Assembly: GCA_951406725.2 (NCBI GenBank)
Contig: OX597828.1
Location: 29,264,001-29,328,000 of the forward strand
Length of the DNA: 64,000 nt
Reading direction: 5' to 3'
Origin: Octopus vulgaris
Lineage: Eukaryota
Position 1 is the stretch's first letter, and each line of letters opens with the position of its first letter. The translations under genes were made by a program, and so were the position numbers. Positions 13,188 through 26,990 of the stretch are shown piece after piece. The notes under the pieces were generated by a model. It made no database searches. It was not told the DNA's origin and was given only the letters and a program-made list of their open reading frames with translations.

Positions 13188-13632
13188 AAAAGTCAACGAA
13201 GTGTCGATTGCGATATTATTTAGCTCCCAACGGCTCATTTCGTTTAACTATAAATCGACACATCTCACACGCTTCCGGCTGTGTCCATTTAAAACTAGGA
13301 AGGCGAGATCTATGTTATTTAAATATTTATCCACACGGACAAAATACGTCTACAGGTTATCAACAATTGGCTCTTCAACTGGGGAAATGACATCGTTTAT
13401 TAGAATCGTACAAAACTGCGTGGACCTTATTACATTTCTCGTGCTTTATAGCCAGCTTCTTTCACTGACCCATCAGAAAGGATCGTGTTTATTTGCACCA
13501 CATTTGTAGCACAAGGTTCTTTGGTTAATCCCTAACACTGAATCTTCTTTAAGGGAATTCGTGGGATATCCGAAATGTGTTTGATGCTTGTTTTTACATT
13601 TTAAACTAGAATTTGAAGAAGACATTTCAAAT

Positions 13633-13711
<79 letters not shown>
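13633..13711. repeat. (GA)n microsatellite
   Basis: Read directly. Confidence 0.95.
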
Positions 13712-13715
<4 letters not shown>

Positions 13716-13720
13716 ACTTG

Positions 13721-13877
13721 TTCAAATTCCGCCGAGGTCGACTTTGTCTTTCATCCTTTCGGGGTCGATTAAATAAGTACCAGTTATGCACTGGGGTCGA
13801 TGTAATCGACTTAATCCGTTTGTCTGTCCTTGTTTGTCCCCTCTGTGTTTAGCCCCTTGTGGGCAATAAAGAAATAG
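13721..13877 (+). mobile_element. 5'-truncated SINE family B
   Basis: Core and tail match the 2469 copy. GGTAACT is repeated on both sides. Confidence 0.8.
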
Positions 13878-14373
13878 GTAACTGTTTTAAGCAAGTAAAT
13901 CAACATCATTAACACTATACTGTATCATGGAAATTGATGAGTGAATACCCTTGAGACATAGACAGAAATCGAGAAAAGAGAGAGAGAGAGAGAAAGAGAA
14001 AATTAGAAGTCAGTGACAGAGCATACATGCGCACACAATAGCTCGTATATACACCTACTGTAATCTAATTGACATACATGGTTTTCACATATTTGTAAAT
14101 AATATATTACTGAAGCTACAGTTTTTGTTACTGATGTCAGCCACATTTTAAATTTATCTCCGGCTGCAGGCTGTCCTATTTACATAAAATTATTGTCAAG
14201 TCTAAGCTTTCTTTCAACGTTATCTATACTTTTTTTCTTTTGATATTGATGACATTCTGAGATTCACTCCAGCGAAATTAGCGACAATTTTTACTGTCTC
14301 ACGCACGCACGCACATACTCACACTCACACACACACACATACACACACAGACACACACACACACAGACACACA

Positions 14374-14415
<42 letters not shown>

Positions 14416-14496
14416 CACACACACACACACACATATGGGTATAGTTGTTTGTATGTGTATATGTATGTATGCATGTATGTATGTATATATATATAT

Positions 14497-14617
14497 CACC
14501 GTGATCACCGTGACCGACCAGGCTATCAGATGTTGCAACACATCGCTGGTCACAATGCGCTTCGCATTGTTTTAAGCCTTCAAATGACGTCACCCCGCAG
14601 GCTAAGTGAGCAGGCCA
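14497..14617. repeat. TA-microsatellite-embedded interspersed repeat (~120 bp)
   Basis: A second copy lies at 41275-41392. Both copies are flanked by (TA)n on each side. Confidence 0.7.
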
Positions 14618-14700
14618 ATATATATATATATATATATGTATATAAAATATATAAATACGGAGAAAAAGAGAGAAAGAAAGAGAAAGAAAGAAAGAAAGAA

Positions 14701-14734
<34 letters not shown>

Positions 14735-15718
14735 CATATTTTGATGGTCAAATCAGATAAACCAAGATGTCGTCATTTTTTTTTTTTCTCAAGCGACGCT
14801 ATAGTTTAGATGGAGAAAATATGCAGCAATGGATAACGAAGGACCCTCTGCACCAGGGATTCTTAACCATTTTTTTTTTATCTACGGACTCCTTTGATTA
14901 CTATTTTAATCTTGTGGATCCCCATAGCCATTCGATGTTTAAAAACTAGTTTTATAGAAACTGCTTTCAAAATTCCTATTTTGCTTTTCCCTCCATTCAC
15001 TTGTGGAGGTTGAACGAAGTAAAATGTTAGAGAAGGAAACCGGATCTTTTCGGTTTGAACGGCAGTTTTTAGCATAATTTCTAGGTAACTAAAAAAATGT
15101 TAAACTTCGTTTACTGGTAGAATGTGTTTATAAAACATCTTTTTCTCTTGGCTTTATTGAGAAAATTCTATAGTTTGTAAGATATTTGTTGTTTTTTTTC
15201 TTCAATTTCTGCAATTTCAACCAATCAATGACGTCTATTGCGGTGAAAACATTCTGTGCCGTATGACTATGTCCCTCGGTTAAGAAACAGATTGGGTTTA
15301 TTTACATTTCTGAAGAAAAAAAGATACCCTTCCCCCCACCGCTAACCGGATCTTTTCTTTTTGAAAGCCAGATTTTCCTAGTTAACTAAACAATTTGAAA
15401 CTTCGTATACTGGTAGAATGTGTCAAAAGAAAACATAATTGTAAACCAAAATGAAAACGGAATTGTAATTTCTAAGTTTAACGTTGTTTAATAATTCGAA
15501 TTTTAACCAATGGTATTCTTTCTTTCGACCTCATATTATTTACTGCCTCTCAAAATATTGTTACTGTGACGTAAACAGCTATTTTGTGACGTAGTTAACG
15601 TAAACATGTAAATAGCTAACTAAAATGTAAACATCTCCGCTTATCATAAACTTCGTGGAGTATATATAAAATTTGTGTAGATCCTAAATAGCTACACACA
15701 CACATGTATACAAACATA

Positions 15719-15785
<67 letters not shown>

Positions 15786-16745
15786 CTATACACACATATT
15801 CTAATGCATATGCATATATGTGTATATATTTATAGATGCATACATTATATATATATATAAAAGATGTTTACATACAATATATATATGTTATATACATCTA
15901 CATGTATATGTATGTATGAATATATAAGTACCACAGAATTTGGATCAAACTGTTTTGATCCATACATACACACACACACCAACACTACCATCCATGAGAC
16001 ATCCTAACATAATCAATGCTACTACTACTATCATCATCATTATCATCATCATCCACTGCCGCCACCACCACCACCTCTACAAAAACACCAACACTATAAT
16101 TGCTGCCATCATACACATCCACTGTCACCACCACCACCACTGCCATGATAACCACATCTACCACAGCTGTTTGCTTACTGCTTACCCACTCACAAAATAG
16201 CTATCTACGTCACATTAACACTATGCAGCTAATAATTTCAAATGGAAACAGAAAATATGATTGGTTAAGGATAGAATAAGTACTGGGCTTACAAAAAGAA
16301 TAAGTCCCGGGGTCGAGTTGCTCGATTAAAGGCGAGGCTCCAGCATGGCCGCGGTCAAGAGTAACATTAAAAGTAAAATATGTTTTATACGACACATTAG
16401 GGTTAGGGTTAGTGTCCGAAGGTTGAAAGTGTTTAGTTACAAAAAATATATTTCTCGATCTGCCGTTGAAAGGGTAAAGATCCCTTATATTATTTATTTA
16501 AACCCTTTACAAACTAGAAGGGTTATGGGTCAAGAGGAAAATACATCAATCAAATGTTGGGAAGGCCATCGGTTGAATAAAACAACATTGTTCCTCAACA
16601 GAACAATAAGGCTCTATAGTTAGGGGGAAATTTACCCATTCAGTTTCAAAACTCAGGTGGAGCCAAAAGAGGTCTCTACACATACATACGTATACACACA
16701 CACACATACATACATATATCCAGACAACTTCAGCTTATATATATA

Positions 16746-16802
<57 letters not shown>

Positions 16803-17605
16803 GCTTGGATCGCTTTCAATGCCACTACATCCCGTCCGATTCGCTCCAAAATTTACAGGGACATGTAGAATGTAGGTAGCCCACGATGCTCGTGGGCTAC
16901 CTTAGAAATCCCTATCTTAAAAGGTGTGGTTGTTAGGGGCCATCTTCCTCACTCACGCTATTTCCTCCAGTACCCTCTCACTCCCCTTCATGTATAACTT
17001 TGATAAGTCCACTACCGTTATTTAAAGTATCTGTCACTCTCGCTATTTCCTCTCTTTTTCACTCACTCTGTTTCTTACCTTCCCATTACATCGGCGTTCT
17101 TTTACGTATCTGTCTGTCACCAACAACACACGAGCATGAGAACAAATATTATGAATCAGATATTCTTGCGTTCATTTATATGTATGTGTGTGTATGTGTG
17201 TTCTATATATAAATATGTATATATAATGTATATATACAAAGTGTATATATCTGTATTTATGTATATTAAACTTTTTCATAGTTATATATATTTTTAAACA
17301 AATTATAAATATAATTTAATAATTTTTATTTTCAATATTATATTTTTTTTAATGTTTTTGTTTTTTCACTGTTTGATTTGCCTAAAAATTCCATTTTTTC
17401 ACTTTTATGATTATACCCAGAGTGCTCTAATCGAATATGAACTGTCTTCCCATTGGCGGACGTTTGTCTTTTTTATTTTTGAAACAAACACATTGGCTCT
17501 TTTGTTTTAAAACAATACTACCTTAATACTCCAACAAACAAAACATCACCCACTCTCATTCTTTTATGTATCTGAGAATGTGTGCCTGTCTGTCTGTGTG
17601 TTTCC

Positions 17606-20068
17606 CTAAAACCTGAGAACTACACGGTTCGGTTCGGTTCGGTTCGGTTCGGTTCGGTTCGGTTCGGTTCGGTTCGGTTCGGTTCGGTTCGGTTCGGTTC
17701 GGTTCGGTTCGGTTCGGTTCGGTTCGGTTCGGTTCGGTTCGGTTCGGTTCGGTTCGGTTCGGTTCGGTTCGGTTCGGTTCGGTTCGGTTCGGTTCGGTTC
17801 GGTTCGGTTCGGTTCGGTTCGGTTCGGTTCGGTTCGGTTCGGTTCGGTTCGGTTCGGTTCGGTTCGGTTCGGTTCGGTTCGGTTCGGTTCGGTTCGGTTC
17901 GGTTCGGTTCGGTTCGGTTCGGTTCGGTTCGGTTCGGTTCGGTTCGGTTCGGTTCGGTTCGGTTCGGTTCGGTTCGGTTCGGTTCGGTTCGGTTCGGTTC
18001 GGTTCGGTTCGGTTCGGTTCGGTTCGGTTCGGTTCGGTTCGGTTCGGTTCGGTTCGGTTCGGTTCGGTTCGGTTCGGTTCGGTTCGGTTCGGTTCGGTTC
18101 GGTTCGGCTCAGGTTCGGTTCGGTTCGGTTCGGTTCGTTCGGTTCGGTTCGGTTCGGTTCGGTTCGGTTCGGTTCGGTTCGGTTCGGTTCGGTTCGGTTC
18201 GGTTCGGTTCGGTTCGGTTCGGTTCGGTTCGGTTCGGTTCGGTTCGGTTCGGTTCGGTTCGGTTCGGTTCGGTTCGGTTCGGTTCGGTTCGGTTCGGTTC
18301 GGTTCGGTTCGGTTCGGTTCGGTTCGGTTCGGTTCGGTTCGGTTCGGTTCGGTTCGGTTCGGTTTCGGTTCGGTTCGGTTCGGTTCGGTTCGGTTCGGTT
18401 CGGTTCGGTTCGGTTCGGTTCGGTTCGGTTCGGTTCGGTTCGGTTCGGTTCGGTTCGGTTCGGTTCGGTTCGGTTCGGTTCGGTTCGGTTCGGTTCTGCG
18501 TTAAGCAGAGTGATGGGCCTGAAATTATCTATTACATCCCCCTTGCTCTGGTCCTTCCTGATTAGCGTCACCACTCCCCGGCGCACAGATCTGGGGATAA
18601 ACCCATTCTGCTGCCAGTTTGCGTAGACGCCCGTCAGTAAGTCCCCGAACAAGTCCGGCATACTTTTATAAAGCTCGTAGGGTAGACCATCCAGTCCCGG
18701 CGCCTTACCCGCACCGCAGTCTGCCATGACCTCTATTACCTCCTCAGGTGTGATCGGCTCCTCACTACACTTCACATCCTGCCCCGAGAGGCGCGGCAGC
18801 CCGTCGAGGAGGTCCGTAAGGTCCCTCCCCCTATCCGGTCCGCCGCTCCCCCCGAAAAGCTGGGCGAAGTGGTCCTGAAAAGCTTGACACATCTCCTCGG
18901 GCTCGTCTGTCAACTTACCCTGTTGGTTCGCCAGAGATCGAATTGTAGCATCGTTGCCACGTTGGGCTTCCACCACTCGGGCCCATCCTGCAGCCTTGAT
19001 TCCTTCGCTCCCCATCGTACGTTGTCTAGCCCTGACAATGCAACCCATGTGTTTGGCTTCGAGGTGCTGGTTAAGAACCAGTCTCTTGACCTTCACCTGG
19101 TCTGCATTGCCAGTTCGCATTGCTTCCTCTAAGTCCTTAACTAGTGTAGTTACCTTTCTAGCCACTCTAGCTACAAGATTAGTACTATATCTAACGGACT
19201 CATATTTTATGGCTCGCTTAAGGGCATACCACCATTTGTTGTTACAAATGGAGCCGGTCATGGCCCTCTGGATTATTAACCTAATCCTGTCCCTGTACTC
19301 CTTAATCGCCAAAAGGGACGTATTAAGTTTCCAGTAACCAGGACCTCTAGTTATCTTATCTACGTGTAGCCTACAGGTGACCATCTTGTGGTCACTGTAG
19401 CTGATTATATGGAGTTGTGGACTCTTAACTAGGTTCTTATCTACCTTCCTAATTAATATCCTGTCTATGTATGGCTTTAACGATCCGTCGCTATTTGACC
19501 ACGTCCACAGTGGAGCGCCCGGATGTTCCAGTCTATATGGATCTACCAGCTCAAAACGTCTTAGTAGATCCAGGAAGCAAGCATTTCCTTTTCTGTCTGT
19601 TCGCGAGCCTTCACAGTCTACCCGCACATCGCAGATTGTGTTGAGGTCCCCTAACATTACTACTGGGCACGATGTACTCAGAAACTTCTCCAGGTTCCGA
19701 TAATAATCACTTTTCCCCTTACCGGGGGGAGCGTAAACCGCAACCAGCCTGATTGTCTTACGGCTACTGAACGTCAACTCAATGACGACCAGCCTACCTT
19801 CCGGATCTGTAAAAATCAACTTTTTCTCAGAAACCCAGTTCTTTTTACACAGGACCAACACCCCGCTTCCGCCGCACGACGGGTCCGGAGAGATGACACT
19901 CTCGTAACCGTTGAACAGCGGGAGCAGATCTCTTGGCCCCTTTAACCGGGTTTCTGTGGCAACGACAACATCTAAATCCCGTGACCTGATGTTATTTAGG
20001 AAGCGCCCTTGCTTCCAGCCCGTCATCAGGCCACGCACATTCAAACACCCTACACAAATATGAGACAT
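17606..20068 (-). CDS. Tx1/L1-clade LINE ORF2: APE endonuclease and start of RT, truncated at 18497 and read through the (GAACC)n array as (PNRTE)n
   Basis: APE motifs LNVRGL, ATET, VYAP, GDLN, YIDRI, SDHK. GPGYWKLNTSLL. RT-proximal KAPGLDGLPYELY and NFRPITLLNAE. The YADD core is absent. Confidence 0.88.
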   Translation of the reverse strand: MSHICVGCLNVRGLMTGWKQGRFLNNIRSRDLDVVVATETRLKGPRDLLPLFNGYESVISPDPSCGGSGVLVLCKKNWVSEKKLIFTDPEGRLVVIELTFSSRKTIRLVAVYAPPGKGKSDYYRNLEKFLSTSCPVVMLGDLNTICDVRVDCEGSRTDRKGNACFLDLLRRFELVDPYRLEHPGAPLWTWSNSDGSLKPYIDRILIRKVDKNLVKSPQLHIISYSDHKMVTCRLHVDKITRGPGYWKLNTSLLAIKEYRDRIRLIIQRAMTGSICNNKWWYALKRAIKYESVRYSTNLVARVARKVTTLVKDLEEAMRTGNADQVKVKRLVLNQHLEAKHMGCIVRARQRTMGSEGIKAAGWARVVEAQRGNDATIRSLANQQGKLTDEPEEMCQAFQDHFAQLFGGSGGPDRGRDLTDLLDGLPRLSGQDVKCSEEPITPEEVIEVMADCGAGKAPGLDGLPYELYKSMPDLFGDLLTGVYANWQQNGFIPRSVRRGVVTLIRKDQSKGDVIDNFRPITLLNAEPNRTEPNRTEPNRTEPNRTEPNRTEPNRTEPNRTEPNRTEPNRNRTEPNRTEPNRTEPNRTEPNRTEPNRTEPNRTEPNRTEPNRTEPNRTEPNRTEPNRTEPNRTEPNRTEPNRTEPNEPNRTEPNLSRTEPNRTEPNRTEPNRTEPNRTEPNRTEPNRTEPNRTEPNRTEPNRTEPNRTEPNRTEPNRTEPNRTEPNRTEPNRTEPNRTEPNRTEPNRTEPNRTEPNRTEPNRTEPNRTEPNRTEPNRTEPNRTEPNRTEPNRTEPNRTEPNRTEPNRTEPNRTEPNRVVLRF
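17625..18496. repeat. (GGTTC)n / (GAACC)n pentanucleotide array, ~174 units
   Basis: Read directly. Only three variant sites (about 18108-18111, 18137, 18365). Confidence 0.95.
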
Positions 20069-20080
20069 TTACTTACCTTT

Positions 20081-21137
20081 TTATGTCAGTGTCCCTGTTG
20101 GTCGGGGGGTGAAGTCCGCATTAATCAGTGGCTCGTCCACTTCGAGTTGCGGACCCTTTATGTCCCCTGCGAACTGTGCATTTAACATATTAAAATTTCG
20201 TAAGTCCAATTTATAAATTGCTACATTTTTTTGTAGATTTCTGTGGGTTTTCACCCTTACTGCGCTTGGGATATTTCCCATTCCACTTTTAAGTCTGTCA
20301 TTATTTTTGTTTATTGCCGCATATACTATTTGGGCTTCTGTAAATCTGTTTTTTTGTGGGCTTTGTGGGGGTGATATGGAGGAGGTCGGGGAGTATGATA
20401 TGGGGGAAACTGGGGAGGAGTTTGGGAGGGGAGGGAGTTGCTCGGGACTGGGGAGTGGGGTTAGCTTGTGTTGGGCTGGGGGGGTCTTCTCTTTTTTCTC
20501 TTTTTGTCGGGGTGGGGTAGATTTCTCCCCCTGTATGTTGGATTTCTTTTTGTGTGTGTCTGGGTTGGGTGGGTTAGTATCAATGTTTTTCCTCTTTGGG
20601 TTTTTCCTTGGCCTCACCGTTGTGAAGGCATTTTCGTCCTCCTTTGTCTTTTCTTCCTCCCTCTTCTTCTCCTCTTCTTCTGTCCTTTTTTCTTCTTCCA
20701 CTTTTTTCCGGGTAGGGCACTCCATACGAATGTGTCCCTTTTCCCCACATTCGTAGCATCTAGGCTTTCGCCCTTCCACTACCACCCGTAAGTTGATTTC
20801 TTCGTCGAACTGGATGTTTTCTGGGATTTCTTCCATCGTTTCTGGGGTTGCCTGTGCTATTATATGCAGAGTTTGTCCTCTCCAATGTTCTCTTTTAATC
20901 TTCGTGATATTCACCACCCTTATCTTCTTCTCCAGCCCCATCATTAATGCTGGGAGCAACCACTTCACCTCGATTTGTGGTGGAATATCTTCGACCCTTA
21001 TTTTGGCAGTTCGCCTCCCCAAATACGAGGGTAATAGAATTACCTCGCTTGTTTTAATTGGGTTCAGTGAATGTTTCTTTGCCATTTCTTCATCTCTAAA
21101 GTGTACCTCGATCGTGGCGTACTTTTTCCCCCAATTA
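20081..21137 (-). CDS. Tx1-clade LINE ORF1 (gag-like, zinc knuckle), 5' truncated
   Basis: Open frame with CCHC knuckle CYECGEKGHIRMEC, then K/E-rich and P/S-rich tracts, ending 12 nt upstream of the ORF2 ATG. The ORF-track start at 21181 lies in AT-rich flank. Confidence 0.82.
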
Positions 21138-21675
21138 ACATAATTAACATAATTAATGTTTAAATAAGAAATGAAAATCATTTAAGTTAATCATGCAATT
21201 TTGGGAATATTCCATTTTTTACTGATATATACTACAATAACAAAGAAATTATTTAAGATTTTAGATTTATGCATAAGTATTCTTATGGTTCCAAAACACA
21301 TGGTTCTCAGTTCAGCCCCACTGTGTGGTAACTTGGCATGTGTCTTCTACTATAGCCTGACACCAACCAAAGCCTTGTCAGTGGATTTTGTAGACAGAAA
21401 CTGAAAGAAATCAATCGTATATATATCTATGTATGTAAGTCTGTGTGTGTGTGTCTTTGTGTTTCTCCCTCATCACTGCTTCACAACTGGTGTTCGTTTA
21501 TTTACATCCCCATAACATACTGGTTTCACAAGAAGAAACTGATAGAATAAGTACCAGGCTTATCAAAATTAAAAAAAAGCTCTACGCAGTGTCTCGCATA
21601 TATATGGATTTCGTGGACAGGAACTGAAACAAATCAATCGTATATATATGTATGTATATATGTAAGTGTATGTGT

Positions 21676-24378
21676 TTTAGTATTGGCAACATGAATGACA
21701 ATGGCCAGAGACTACTTGAATTTTGCACATACCATAACCTGTGCATCACCAACACAATCTTTCCCAACAAGATATCCCACAAGGCATCTTGGAGACATCC
21801 AAGATCTCACCACTGGCATCAGTTGGATCTCATCATTACACGAAGATCCTTTCTGAATTCTGTTCAACTGACCCGTAGCGCGGATTGTGACACAGATCAT
21901 TCACTAATAAGAAGGGTGAGGATTCTGCCTAAAAAGTCCATCACTCCAAGAAAATGAGCCAACCACGCATTAACACTGCCAGAACCTCGGACCCTACACT
22001 GTGACAATGTTTTGCTGTTTCTATCAAGGTTGCCTCAGTAGCTGCCCAACCTCCTCTGCTGAAAGTAGGTGGAATTATATCAGGGAGGCTTTGTATATCA
22101 CATCAATAGATACTTTCGGAATGAGAGAAAGGTAAAACTCAGATTTTGTTCAGTGCTGGGCTCTCAGAGCTGGAAACAGTTATCGAAGCAAAGCGTGCAG
22201 CTCTGATGCAATACAAGAGTGTTTCTTCTACAAAGTCACTCGAAGAACTCAGAAAGGCAAGAAATAAAACCCAACTCACTGCCAGACGCTGTGCAAATGG
22301 GTATTGACAGGAAATCTGTCAGAGTATCCAGTCAGCTGCTGACAGTGGTGACACCCGTGGGATGTATGCCGGTTTGAAGAAGGCCCTCGGTCCATCCGCA
22401 ACCACCTCAGCCCCTCTGAAATCAACTACTGGAGATCTCATCAAGGACCAAAGCAAGCAAAAGGATACATGGATGGAGTACTACCAGGATCCCTACACAC
22501 GAGAGTTAGCTGAGGCTGCAATCGAGGGTGTCAAGATCTTGCCAGTCATGTGTGAACTTGACAGTCTGCCATCTATAGCAGAGCTCACCAAATCTATTGA
22601 CTCCCTAGCAAGTAACAAGGCTCCGGGGAAAGACGGCATCCCCTTAGAGATCATCAAAACCGGCAAAAATACCATCCTGCTTCAGCACATTCATGAGCTT
22701 CTGTGTCAGTGCTGGTAAGAGGGTACAGTCCCTCAGAATATGCGGGATGCTAACATCATTACGCTTTACAAAAATAAAAGTGACCGTGATGATTGTAACA
22801 ATTACCGTGGAATATCTCTTCTAAGCACAGTTGGAAAGGCCTCTGCTCGCATTATCCTGTCCAGGCTGCAACTAATTGCTTCTCGAATTTATCCAGAATC
22901 GCAGTGTGGCTTTAGAAGCAGATCAACTATTGACATGATATTCTCCATACGCCAACTTCAGAAGTCCAGAGAGCAGAACATGCCATTATATATGGCCTTC
23001 ATTGATCTGACAAAGGGCTTTGACTTGGTAAGTAGAAAAGGCCTCTTCATCCTGCTCCAAAAAATCGGATGTCCACCAAAGCTGCTGAGGATCATCAAAT
23101 CATTCCATGCTAATATGCAAGGCACCATACAGCACAATGGTTCAACATCAGCCGCCTTCCAAATAAAAAATGGGGTAGAGCAAGGTTGTGTCCTTGCTCC
23201 TACATTATTTGGCATCTTCTTCTCGCTGCTGCTGTCACATGCCTTTGAGACATCAGATGATGGAGTGTTTCTGCACAGTAGAAGTGATGGGAAACTGTTT
23301 AATCTCTCGCGTCTGCGTGCCAAGACCAAAATCTCAGAAGCGTCCTGATCAAGGAGATGCTATTTGCTGATGATGCCGCTCTGGTATCACACACAGAAGA
23401 AGCCCTACGAAGGCTCAGCAACTGTTTTGAGCAAGCATTTGGCAACTTTGGCTTAGTTATCAGCCTCAAGAATACCAACATCATGGGTCAGGCTACATCG
23501 GACATCCCAAACATACATATTGGAGACCACAGAGTATAGGAGGTGGAGAAGTTTACCTATCTTGGCTCTACCGTCACCTACAACCTATCCCTTGATGCTG
23601 AGCTCAATATACGCATTGGCAAGGCAGCTGCTGTGATGGCCCAACTCACCAAACGCGCATGGGACAACAATAAGCTGACCAAGACCACAAAAATGAAGAT
23701 TTACCAGGCATGTGTACTTAGCACTCTACTGTATGACTTTGACGCCATACACACGCCATACGACGCCATACGTCGCCTAAATATCTTTCACTTGCGCTGT
23801 CTCCGGAAAATCCATCGCATCAAATGGCAGAATCATGTCCCTAACAAAGATGTCCTCAAGCAAGCAGGAATACCAAGCATGTTTGCACTCTTCACACAAA
23901 GACGTATGAGATCGCTTGGACATGTTAGCCGTATGGAAGATGGCAGAATCCCCAAGGACATACTCAACGGAGAGCTTGCTAGGGGCACTAGGTCTGTGGG
24001 AAGACCGTTCTTACGATACAAGGATGTTTGCAAAAGGGACATGAATGCCTGCAACATCAATATTACCAACTGGGAATCAGTTGCCAGCAACCGTGGAGAT
24101 TGGCGATGTATCGTAAAAGAGGGAACACGAAGGAGTGACATAGTGAGAAAGGAGAAATGGAAAGACAAGAAAAGACGTCAACAAAAAACTATGACATTAA
24201 GACCAGTCAGGCAAAGTCTTCGCTACATTTACGGCACCTGCCAGAGGGAGTGTTTGTCCCGGATAGGACTACACAGCCACAGCAAGGGATGTATTAGGAC
24301 ATGAAATGTAAAAGCCGGACTAGATTATTTTATGCGCAACTCCATTGTCTCCTGAGACAAAAAGGATGCCAACAACAA
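21676..24378 (+). mobile_element. Degraded RTE (BovB-like) LINE, 5' truncated in the endonuclease domain
   Basis: Frameshifted fragments: NDNGQRLLEFC, HQLDLII, NYRGISLL, QCGFR, AFIDLTKGFD, QGCVLAP, LFADD, FTYLGS and a C-terminal CxxC..H zinc finger. (CAA)n tail and a ~75-bp flanking direct repeat. Confidence 0.9.
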
Positions 24379-24656
24379 TATATATGGATTTCGTAGACAG
24401 GAACTGTAACAAATAAATCGTATATATATGTATGTATATATGTAAATGTATGTGTGTGTCTTTGTCTCTGTGTTTCGCCCTCATCACTGCTTCACAACTG
24501 CTGTTCACTTATTTACATCCACATAACTTACTGGTTTCACAAGAACAAACTAATAGAGTAAGTACTAGGCTTATCAACATAAAAAAGCACTAGGCTGTGT
24601 CTCATATTTTTGTTTGCCCACTCAGTTGTATCTATCAATTTATCTTTGTGTGTGTG

Positions 24657-26088
<1,432 letters not shown>

Positions 26089-26449
26089 TTATATATAAAT
26101 ATAAATAAGTAAAAGATATGCAATAAATATAAATATGTATATAAAAGTAAAAATGTACATATATATATATATATATTCTTTCTTTTATTCTTTTACTTGT
26201 TTCGACCCGAACACTTCTTTAAAGTAATTCTATATATTTCGCAAGAAAGAACAATAATATTATGTATATACATGCCACCATCGGGGGGACAAACACAAAC
26301 ACACACACAGTTTCCGTCTACCAAATTCACTCACAAGGCTTTGGTTGGCCTGAGGCTCTAGTAGAAGACCAAGGCGTCACGCAATGGGGCTGAATCCAGA
26401 ACCATGTGGTTGGTAAGCAGGCTACTTACCACACAGCCACTCATGCATA

Positions 26450-26499
<50 letters not shown>

Positions 26500-26760
26500 T
26501 GTGTGTCTGTGTGTAGTTTGACAAGTGTCAATGAACGAAACTCTCGCCCCTCGAGTCACTCTGTTGCTTCTGCTAAATATTGATAAACACATATATGATG
26601 AGCTTTTTCAGATTCCGTCAACCACATCTACTCACAAGGGTTTAGTCGACTCAGGACTATAGTAGAAACACCCGCTCAAAGTGCCACGCAGCTGGACTGA
26701 ACCCGGAACGGCTTACAACACAGTCACGCCTGCTTCTATTCACATATATACATGATATAT

Positions 26761-26990
26761 ATTTCTTTTGCTACCCACAAGGGGCTAAACATAGAGGGGA
26801 CAAACAAGGACAGACAAACGGATTAAGTCGATTACATCGACCCAGTGCGAAACAGGTACTTTATTTATCGACCCCGAGAGGATGAAAGGCAAAGTCGACT
26901 TCGGCGGAATTTGAACTCAGAACGTAGCGGCAGACGAAATACTGCTAAGCATTTCGCCCGGCGTGCTAACGCTTCTGCCAGCTCGCCGCC
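26761..26990 (-). mobile_element. SINE family B
   Basis: Full-length match to the other family B copies. Confidence 0.85.

Noticed and set aside
17582-18565. 327-aa (VRFGS)n ORF on the + strand as a gene
   Set aside because: It is an automatic consequence of a stop-free pentanucleotide array, with no independent coding evidence.
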